Of a stretch of DNA of 36,546 bases, positions 28,229 through 35,016 are shown in pieces. Source of the DNA: Acidobacteriota bacterium (GTDB lineage Bacteria > Acidobacteriota > Thermoanaerobaculia > Multivoradales > UBA5704); contig JBDTZG010000054.1 in NCBI GenBank assembly GCA_040005235.1, positions 1 to 36,546 of the forward strand. The letters run 5' to 3'. The notes under the pieces are model-generated. The model saw nothing but the letters and a program-made list of their open reading frames with translations. It did no database searches and had not been told where the DNA came from. A program made the translations under genes and the position numbers. The stretch's first letter is position 1; every line of letters begins with the position of its first letter.

Positions 28229-28390
28229 GCCGGCCTCGCGCAGTCGGATGCCGCTTACTTGCCTCCGAAAGCCGCTGTACTTTCCGAATCGACGCTCTAC
28301 GCTCTGGAAAGCCGGCATACACCCTGGACAGCCGGCAATCGTCCCGGATGACCGCTCTACGGTCGGAATAGCCCGTCAAACCGCTAGAAA
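28229..28390. repeat. Degenerate 20(-21)-bp period array (about 8 units, GCCG....AC....(G)GA..)
   Basis: Units at 28271 gccgctgtactttccgaatc, 28291 gacgctctacgctctggaaa, 28311 gccggcatacaccctggaca, 28331 gccggcaatcgtcccggatg, 28351 accgctctacggtcggaata, 28371 gcccgtcaaaccgctagaaa; weaker units at 28229 and 28250. Confidence 0.55.
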
Positions 28391-28395
28391 ACGGC

Positions 28396-28524
28396 TATCT
28401 GCCCCAGGAAGGGAGTATCCGCCTCAGGAAGGGAGTATCTGTCCCAGGAAGGGAGTATCCATCCCGGGAAAGGAGCATCTGTCCCAGGAAGGAATGTCTG
28501 TCCCGGGAAGGGAATATCTGCCCC
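28396..28524. repeat. Tandem repeat, 6.5 x 20 bp, consensus TATCTGTCCCAGGAAGGGAG
   Basis: Units start at 28396, 28416, 28436, 28456, 28476 (19 nt), 28495 and 28515 (partial), with up to about 4 differences each. No spacers. Confidence 0.93.
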
Positions 28525-28698
28525 GCATAGGGAAGAGGCGCCGCGAAAAACAGTTCTACGCCGCCGCATCGGACTCTAGGTCGCTGCGTCGGAAAATGCA
28601 CGTCGAAATCGGGCTTGCGGTCACCGCCAGCTTCCCGGACAGCCAGAACCGACAGCGCCGTGTGCTGCCCGCCACCGCACCGAGGGCCGCAAGGATCA

Positions 28699-29214
28699 CT
28701 ACGGCGCGAGCTGCTCGGCCAGTTTCGTCGCGGCTTCCCGAGTGTAATTGCCGGAGATTCTCGCCGAGGGACCCAACGGGCTCTGGACCCGCGGAGCGAT
28801 CACCACGATGCCGTTGAGCAGCACCGCCACCTGACGGCCCAGGTTGTGAGCGGTCGCGTCATGAAGGCGCTGCGCGGCTTGGGGCGTGAAGAACAGCGTG
28901 ACCCCATAGTGCTCCAGATCCATGTCCAAGCCGACGTGAACCTCGGCCACGTCGGCCGAGGAAATCACGATCTCTTTCTCGACCCAGAGCGACTCGCCCT
29001 CGGGACCCGTCACCTTGAGCCCGTCTTTCGGCTCACCCTCGGCTACGAAGCGAATCTCCAGCGCCGCCCGCGGCACGTCCGCCGGTCGTTTCATCGTCCA
29101 CTCGCCCTCCTCGGCACCCCGGCACGCCGTGCTGGGCACCCCGAGGAGAAGAGCTGCCAGGAATGCGATCCCGGTCGAGGATCGGCTGAATCTGCGGCAC
29201 TCGGAATTTCTCAT
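28699..29214 (-). CDS. Stand-alone SecD/SecDF P1-head-domain protein, probable lipoprotein
   Basis: VTLFFTPQAAQRLHDATAHNLGRQVAVLLNGIVVIAPRVQSPL...ARISGNYTREAATKLA matches the SecD periplasmic head; no SecD TM domain; signal peptide with STAC lipobox-like site; AAAGG RBS. Confidence 0.75.
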   Translation of the reverse strand: MRNSECRRFSRSSTGIAFLAALLLGVPSTACRGAEEGEWTMKRPADVPRAALEIRFVAEGEPKDGLKVTGPEGESLWVEKEIVISSADVAEVHVGLDMDLEHYGVTLFFTPQAAQRLHDATAHNLGRQVAVLLNGIVVIAPRVQSPLGPSARISGNYTREAATKLAEQLAP

Positions 29215-29339
29215 GTCGGGCCTTTCCGGGCTGGCGTCATGCTGTGAGAGTCGGGATTGTACCTGTCGTCAACGCCCTGGATTGCGCTCACCCTTGGTGT
29301 GTTAGCGTAACGATACACCGCTGCACAGGGAGATCCACG

Positions 29340-32300
29340 ATGCGCCCCCACCACAAGCCGGTCAACGCCCTTCTCGTCACGCTCTTTCTGGCCGCTCCGC
29401 TCGCGGCCGCAGATCTTCCTCTCGGCTTGACCACGGCCCTTGCGGCGCGCTGGATCGGGCCTCTCAGTATCAGTGGAAGGGTGACCGCCCTGGCCGTGGT
29501 GGAGAGCGACCCCGACACGTACTACGTCGGCGCGGCGGCGGGCGGGGTGTGGAAGACGACCAACGGCGGGACGACGTTCGTTCCCGTTTTTGACGGCGAG
29601 GAGGTGTCTTCGATCGGCGCTCTCGCGGTGTTTCAGTCCGATCCGAAAATCGTTTGGGCGGGCACCGGGGAGTGCAACGTTCGAAACACGGTGTCCTACG
29701 GCGACGGCGTCTATCGCTCGACGGACGGCGGCAAGAGCTGGAACCATCTCGGACTGCCGGCGAGCGAGCGGATCGCCCGCATCGTGCTCCACCCCACCAA
29801 CCCGGATATCGCCTGGGTTGCCGCGCTGGGCCCGCTCTGGAACGACGGCGGCGGGCGCGGCGTCTATCGCACGGAGGATGGCGGCAAGAGTTGGCAGCGC
29901 ACGCTCTACCTCGACGAACGCACGGGGGCCGCAGACATCGCGATCGATCCCTCGAATCCGGATCGGCTGCTCGCCTCCCTCTGGCAGGTGCGCCGCCGGC
30001 CCTGGGAGTTTCTTTCCGGAGGACCCGGCTCGGGGCTTTACGCCTCGGCGGACGGCGGCAAGAGCTGGTCCCGCCGCGGCCCGGCGGACGGCCTTCCCGC
30101 GGGAGCCTTCGGCCGCATCGCGATCGCTTTTGCCCCATCGCGGCCGGCCACCGTCTACGCCCTGATCGAGCTGAACCGCGAGGGTGCCCTGGTGCGCTCG
30201 GACGACGGCGGCACGACCTGGCACACGGTCGCCCGCGGCGCGAATCGCTATCCGCGCCCGTTCTATTTCGCGGAGCTCCAGGTCGATCCCCAAGACCCGG
30301 AGCGGCTCTACCAGCTGCACTTCAACGTCGACCTCTCCGAAGACGGTGGTGCCACGGTGAAACCGCTCCTGCTCCAATCCGCCGTCCATCCGGATCTGCA
30401 CGCGCTGTGGATCGATCCGAACGATCCTCGGAGATTGCTTCTCGGAACCGATGGCGGCCTCTACGCGAGCCGCGACCGAGGGCTCTCTGCGGAGCGGAAA
30501 ATGGGCCTGCCGCTCTCGCAGTTCTACGATGTGGCAACCGATACGGAAGGACGGGTCTATGGCGGCACGCAGGACAATGGCGCCTGGACCGGCCCACTGA
30601 GCGCCTGGGCGCAAGGGGGAGGAGGGCGAGAGGACTGGACGATGATCGGCGGCGGGGATGCCGTCGTGGCGCTGCCGGATCGGAACCTCGCGGGAGTCGC
30701 CTACAGCATGGAATCGGCGGGCGGCGTGGCGCGCTGGGACCGCGCGACCGGTGAATGGCGCGATGTCTTTCCGCCGGCTCCATTGGGCATTGAGCTGCGC
30801 TTCGGCTGGAATACGCCGATGGTCCTCGACCGGGCGGACAACCTGCTGGTCGGTAGCCAGTTCGTCCACCGCTCGACCGACCGGGGCGAGAGTTGGTCGG
30901 TGATCAGCCCCGACCTGACGACCAACCGGCGCGAGTGGCAGAAGGCGAAAGAGAGCGGGGGCTTTACTCCCGACGTCGCGGGCGAGGAGAACTTCACGAC
31001 GTTAATCGCTCTCGCGGTCTCCCCGGCGTCCGACGCGGAGATCTGGGCGGGCAGCGACGACGGGAGGGTGCATGTGACGACCGACGGCGGCGGCCATTGG
31101 CAGGAGGTCGGAACGGCGATCCCGGGTCTGCCGCCCTATGCCCGCATCCAACGGATCGTGGCGCGCGGAGCGGGGCGGGCGCTGCTGCTCGCCGACGGCC
31201 ACATGCAGGGCAATCGGGAGACCTACGTCTTCGAGACGGTCGATCTCGGCGCCCATTGGGCGCGGCTGGGTTCCGGAAGCGAGCTGCGCGGACCGGCGCT
31301 TTCGATCCTTGCCCCCTGTGACGATCCTCGGACCCTACTCCTCGGCACCGAGCAGGGCCTTTGGCTGTCACTCGATCACGGCGCGAGCTGGGCGCCTTGG
31401 CGCAATGGAGTTCCCCCGGCGCCGGTTTCGGGCCTTGCCCTGTCCGGCCGGGATCTGGTGATTGCCACCCACGGCCGGGGCCTGTTTGCGATCGACGACT
31501 TCGTGGCGGTCTGCGCGGTGCCCGTCGGGCCGTCCGACACCCTCTCTCTCCTTAGCGTATCCGCCGCGCCGCAGCGGGCGATCCGCACCGTCGGGGGCGG
31601 TAGAGGTGCCATGGAGCCACGCGGCACCGATCGGGCGTACGGCGCGTTGATCACTCTCGCCTCCCCGGTCGCAACACCGGAGGATCATCCCGCGACGGTC
31701 ACGATCTTCGATGCCGCGGGGACAGCTGTGCGTTCCTTCGAACAGCCGCTCGGCCGCGGGATTCAGCGCATCGCCTGGGGCTTCGAGCACGACGCCCTCT
31801 GGCGACGCCCCCGCCCCACCGGCCGAGGCGACCTGCCGTCGCTCGACGCGGGGCCGGAAGTACCGCCCGGACCGTACGAGCTCGCCGTCCGCGTCGGCGA
31901 ACAAGAGGTGCGAGGAACCGTCCAAGTGGTGGGAGAAAGCAACCCTACAGCCGTTCGCTGGAAGAAACGGGTCGAGGTCGGCCAGATGCAACAACAGGTG
32001 ACCGAAGCGTTGGAGGAAGTCTTCCGGCTTCGCGCCGACCTCGCCCAGTTGGAGAAGCGGAGCCCGGGCCTCAAAGCGAAAATCGCGACCGCGCTCTCCG
32101 CCCTGGAGCGCTTCGACCGCCGCCTTCGCCGCGAGCCGGGCGGCCCCTTGGGCGCGGCGCGCGACAACCTGCGCAGCCGGCTCTTCAACCTGGAAGACAC
32201 GATCGACGCTTCGTTCTCACCTCCCGCCGCGGGGACGGTGGAATCGATTCGCGTCGCGGGCGAGAATGTCCAGGCATTGCGCCGCGACCTCGATGCTTTC

Positions 32301-32345
32301 GAACGGGGCGAGATCACGACTTTGAAACGGAGGCTGGGAAGATAA
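29340..32345 (+). CDS. Exported VPS10/BNR-repeat beta-propeller 'glycosyl hydrolase'-type protein, about 1001 aa
   Basis: Signal peptide; RWIGP..SGRV, GGVWKTTNGG, WAGTGE.N.RN.VSYGDGVY, many S/TxDGGxxW boxes, RPFYF, HPDLHALWIDP, SQFY, GGTQDNG, LVIATHGRG; C-terminal Ig-like and helical tail. ATG 29340 has GGGAG upstream. Confidence 0.85.
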   Translation: MRPHHKPVNALLVTLFLAAPLAAADLPLGLTTALAARWIGPLSISGRVTALAVVESDPDTYYVGAAAGGVWKTTNGGTTFVPVFDGEEVSSIGALAVFQSDPKIVWAGTGECNVRNTVSYGDGVYRSTDGGKSWNHLGLPASERIARIVLHPTNPDIAWVAALGPLWNDGGGRGVYRTEDGGKSWQRTLYLDERTGAADIAIDPSNPDRLLASLWQVRRRPWEFLSGGPGSGLYASADGGKSWSRRGPADGLPAGAFGRIAIAFAPSRPATVYALIELNREGALVRSDDGGTTWHTVARGANRYPRPFYFAELQVDPQDPERLYQLHFNVDLSEDGGATVKPLLLQSAVHPDLHALWIDPNDPRRLLLGTDGGLYASRDRGLSAERKMGLPLSQFYDVATDTEGRVYGGTQDNGAWTGPLSAWAQGGGGREDWTMIGGGDAVVALPDRNLAGVAYSMESAGGVARWDRATGEWRDVFPPAPLGIELRFGWNTPMVLDRADNLLVGSQFVHRSTDRGESWSVISPDLTTNRREWQKAKESGGFTPDVAGEENFTTLIALAVSPASDAEIWAGSDDGRVHVTTDGGGHWQEVGTAIPGLPPYARIQRIVARGAGRALLLADGHMQGNRETYVFETVDLGAHWARLGSGSELRGPALSILAPCDDPRTLLLGTEQGLWLSLDHGASWAPWRNGVPPAPVSGLALSGRDLVIATHGRGLFAIDDFVAVCAVPVGPSDTLSLLSVSAAPQRAIRTVGGGRGAMEPRGTDRAYGALITLASPVATPEDHPATVTIFDAAGTAVRSFEQPLGRGIQRIAWGFEHDALWRRPRPTGRGDLPSLDAGPEVPPGPYELAVRVGEQEVRGTVQVVGESNPTAVRWKKRVEVGQMQQQVTEALEEVFRLRADLAQLEKRSPGLKAKIATALSALERFDRRLRREPGGPLGAARDNLRSRLFNLEDTIDASFSPPAAGTVESIRVAGENVQALRRDLDAFERGEITTLKRRLGR

Positions 32346-32373
32346 ACTCAACCTACTTAGCAGGGAGCGCCCC

Positions 32374-32829
32374 ATGACCACCTACCCGTTCCGCCCGATT
32401 GGCTTCGTCCAGAGCCCCTTCACCTCAACCGCCGAAGTACCGCGCGGGTTGGGTGCTGAGCACAAAACCGAGGGAACGCTCGAAATCCTGCCGGAGCTGG
32501 AAGCCGGCCTTGCCGACATCGAAGGCTTCTCCCACCTGTTCGTGATCTGGGTCTTCGACCGCACCGAAGGCTTCGATCTCACCGCCTGGCCCCCGTCCGA
32601 CGACAGGCCCCATGGCGTCTTCGCCACCCGCTCGCCCCAGCGGCCGAATCCGATCGGCCTCACCGTCGTCGAGCTGCTCGGCCGCGAGGGAAACCGCCTC
32701 CGTGTTCGCGGCATCGACATGCTCGACGAGACGCCGATCCTGGACATCAAGCCGTATCTGTCTAGCGTTCCAGCGGAGAGCCTTCGGCGTGGATGGCTGG
32801 CGGAGTCAGAGGGGCGGGCTAAGGGGTAG
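32374..32829 (+). CDS. tsaA: tRNA (N6-threonylcarbamoyladenosine-37-N6)-methyltransferase TsaA/TrmO-like protein (N-terminal domain only)
   Basis: PIGFVQSPF, GLADIEGFSHL.VIWVFD, GVFATRSPQRPNPIGLT, GIDMLDETPILDIKPY. Confidence 0.9.
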   Translation: MTTYPFRPIGFVQSPFTSTAEVPRGLGAEHKTEGTLEILPELEAGLADIEGFSHLFVIWVFDRTEGFDLTAWPPSDDRPHGVFATRSPQRPNPIGLTVVELLGREGNRLRVRGIDMLDETPILDIKPYLSSVPAESLRRGWLAESEGRAKG

Positions 32830-32850
32830 GGTTGAGGCAGACGCGGAGGT

Positions 32851-32897
32851 GAGCGATTGGAAATCGCTCGCTCAAATACGATGTCCCTGCGGGACAT
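32851..32897. repeat. Double-hairpin REP-like element
   Basis: GAGCGATT-GGA-AATCGCTC (32851-69) followed by ATGTCCC-TGC-GGGACAT (32881-97), just after the tsaA stop. Confidence 0.45.
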
Positions 32898-33116
32898 ATG
32901 CTGTGGCGCGGAAAGGCTGGGAAACCGGCCGTAGTCGGCACCAGGCGCCCGGGGGCATTGGCAGAGATCTGCATCAGGAGGGCCAAGGTGAAAATAGCGA
33001 AGGGCGCTATTAGCGATTCCGGCTCAAATCGAAAATAGCACAGAGAACCTCACCCGCGGGATTTCGGAACTTGGGGTGCCTGGACAGAACGCGCCGCGCC
33101 GTGGAACACTTCGGCC

Positions 33117-33515
33117 GTGGCGCGTTTCTCCCGCTTCTCCTCATTCTCGGTCGTTCTGGCCCTCGCGGGCCTGTTCGCTTCGCTTTCCGTCGGGTGCCTC
33201 TGCGACGGGATGCGCCCGGCGGGAGGTTCGATGCAGGGGATGCCTGCGATGCGCGAAATGTCGGGGATGCACTGCCACGCGGAGGAGGCTGGGAGCCTCG
33301 CCGCCCCTTGTTGCTGCGAAATGGCGCCGCGCGGTCCGGCGGTCGCCGAGTCGCTACGCACTCCGTACCGGGCGGAGCGCCCGGCGATCTCGGAGCTTCC
33401 GGCGATCGAACCCCTCGCGTTCATGGCGCCGGGTCACCCCGAGCCGAACCGCTTGAGCTTCGGCTCGATCGACCGATCTCCTCCCTCCTCGTCGACAATC
33501 CCTTTGCGCATCTGA
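33117..33515 (+). CDS. Putative metal-responsive leader protein (DUF2946/CruR/CutF-like architecture), 132 aa
   Basis: GTG start; signal-like hydrophobic stretch; CLC, Met-rich MQGMPAMREMSGMHCH, CCC; Pro-rich tail with RSPP nine residues before the stop, ending LRI; directly upstream of the copper operon. Confidence 0.65.
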   Translation: MARFSRFSSFSVVLALAGLFASLSVGCLCDGMRPAGGSMQGMPAMREMSGMHCHAEEAGSLAAPCCCEMAPRGPAVAESLRTPYRAERPAISELPAIEPLAFMAPGHPEPNRLSFGSIDRSPPSSSTIPLRI

Positions 33516-33614
33516 TCTCTCCTCCGGGTCGATTCAGAAGACCCTGACGGGATGCGTGTTCGTTGCCGGGTGCTCCGTACTCGGAGCCCGCGTCCCTTCC
33601 CTCCGGGAGAGATC
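33474..33614 (+). promoter_or_regulatory. Anti-Shine-Dalgarno arms able to sequester the RBS of the TolC-family gene
   Basis: GATCTCTCC (33514-22) is the exact complement of GGAGAGATC (33606-14). CGATCTCCTCCC (33474-85, the RSPP codons) complements GGGAGAGATCG (33605-15) with one bulge. Confidence 0.55.
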
Positions 33615-33618
33615 GCCG

Positions 33619-35016
33619 ATGTTGCTTCGTCCTATCCATCTGTACGGTTTCCTGCTGCTCGCCGCGGCGGGCTGCGCCACCGCCAATCCCGCCGGATCGT
33701 TTTCGGACGCCGCCCGGCCGGTGACCGAGCGCACCGCTCTTGAACCTTCCTGGCCGCGCGATGGGGCCGCCGCCGCGGATCTAACCGCCCGCGCTAAGGC
33801 GCTGCTCGCCGAACCGCTCGATCCGGACCGCGCGGCGCAGGTGGCGCTCTGGCGCAACCCGGGGCTGCTCGCCGATCTCGAAGACCTCGGGATCTCGCAG
33901 GCCGAATACGCGCAGGCCACGCGGATCGCCAACCCCGCGCTCGATTTCTTCTACCGTCGGCCGGACCGATCCGGCCTGGTCGCCAACGTCGAAATCGGCT
34001 TGATCGAAAACCTGCTCGATCCTTTGCTCCTGCCGCTGCGCAAACGAATGGCGGCGGCCGAGCTGGAGGCGGCGAAGCTCCGCGTCGGTCAGCGGATGCT
34101 CGATCTGATCGGAGAGACGAAGCAGGCGTTCGCCGAGTCGCAGGCGGCCGACCGGCTGGTCGAGCGGCTCGGCATCATCGTCGAAATCGAAATCGCCGCG
34201 GCCACGTTCGCCGAACGGCAGCGGGCGGCGGGAAACCTTCCCCAGCTCGCGCTCGAAGAGCATCAGGCGCTGCTCGATGAGACGAAGATCGATCAAGTGC
34301 ATGCCCATGTCGCGGCCAAGGCCCAGCGCGAAAAGCTGCAACGGCTGATGGGCCTGCCGGGTATCGAAACAAGCTGGACCACCGCCGGAATGTCGCTCGA
34401 CCCGCCGGGCGACGACGTGGCGGTCGCCGACCTCGAAAAGCTCGCGCTGTCGGATCGCCTGGACGTCGCCGCGGCGCGCGCCGGGGTCGGCCTGATCGAC
34501 CAGGCTCTAGCCCTCCGGCGCGCCGGGCGGTTTCTCCCCGGCGGCGTGCGGGTCGGCGTATCGCGGGAGCGCGATCCCGATCGGGTTCGGGTGACCGGGC
34601 CGGTGCTCGGGATCGAGCTGCCGATCTTCGATACCGGCGCCGCCTCGATCGCCAAGCTCGACGCGGAGCGGCGGCGCGCCGAGCGCCAGGTCGAAGAGCT
34701 TTCGATTCGCATCGGCTCGGAGGTTCGCGAGACTGCCGAGCGCTACCTCGCGGCCCGCGATCTCGCCCGCAACTATCGGGATTCCGTCCTGCCGCGCCGG
34801 GTGCGAATTCTCGATCAGACGCTGCGCCATTACAACTCGATGTTGATCGGGGTCTACGACGTGCTTCTCGCCAAGCGGATGGAAATCGAAAGCGAAAAGG
34901 GGGCGATCGAAGCCTGGCGCGACGCCTGGGTCGCTCGCTTCGCACTGGAGCGGGCGGTGGGCGGCAGGCTCCCGGATCAGATCGCGGCGGACGCGCCGAA
35001 AGGAGATTCGAAATGA
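33619..35016 (+). CDS. TolC/outer-membrane-efflux-family lipoprotein of copper-resistance operons, about 465 aa
   Basis: Lipobox AAGC; AAQVALWRNPGL.A..EDLGIS.A...QA....NP; GPVLGIELPIFD.G; YNSMLIGVYDVL; LERAVGG. ATG 33619 follows GGGAGAG; its stop overlaps the oxidase ATG. Confidence 0.88.
   Translation: MLLRPIHLYGFLLLAAAGCATANPAGSFSDAARPVTERTALEPSWPRDGAAAADLTARAKALLAEPLDPDRAAQVALWRNPGLLADLEDLGISQAEYAQATRIANPALDFFYRRPDRSGLVANVEIGLIENLLDPLLLPLRKRMAAAELEAAKLRVGQRMLDLIGETKQAFAESQAADRLVERLGIIVEIEIAAATFAERQRAAGNLPQLALEEHQALLDETKIDQVHAHVAAKAQREKLQRLMGLPGIETSWTTAGMSLDPPGDDVAVADLEKLALSDRLDVAAARAGVGLIDQALALRRAGRFLPGGVRVGVSRERDPDRVRVTGPVLGIELPIFDTGAASIAKLDAERRRAERQVEELSIRIGSEVRETAERYLAARDLARNYRDSVLPRRVRILDQTLRHYNSMLIGVYDVLLAKRMEIESEKGAIEAWRDAWVARFALERAVGGRLPDQIAADAPKGDSK

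Noticed and set aside
28396-28524. CRISPR array interpretation of the 20-bp repeats
   Set aside because: Units are head-to-tail with no unique spacers, are shorter than CRISPR repeats, and there are no cas genes in the window.
28248-28817. 189-aa ORF and small minus-strand ORFs crossing the repeat arrays
   Set aside because: The 20-bp period and a 1-nt deletion are incompatible with a coding repeat, there is no RBS, and the ORF overlaps the SecD-head gene antisense.
26794-29300. Integrated mobile element or prophage explanation for the accessory patch
   Set aside because: No integrase, transposase, tRNA target, terminal inverted repeats or flanking direct repeats were visible.
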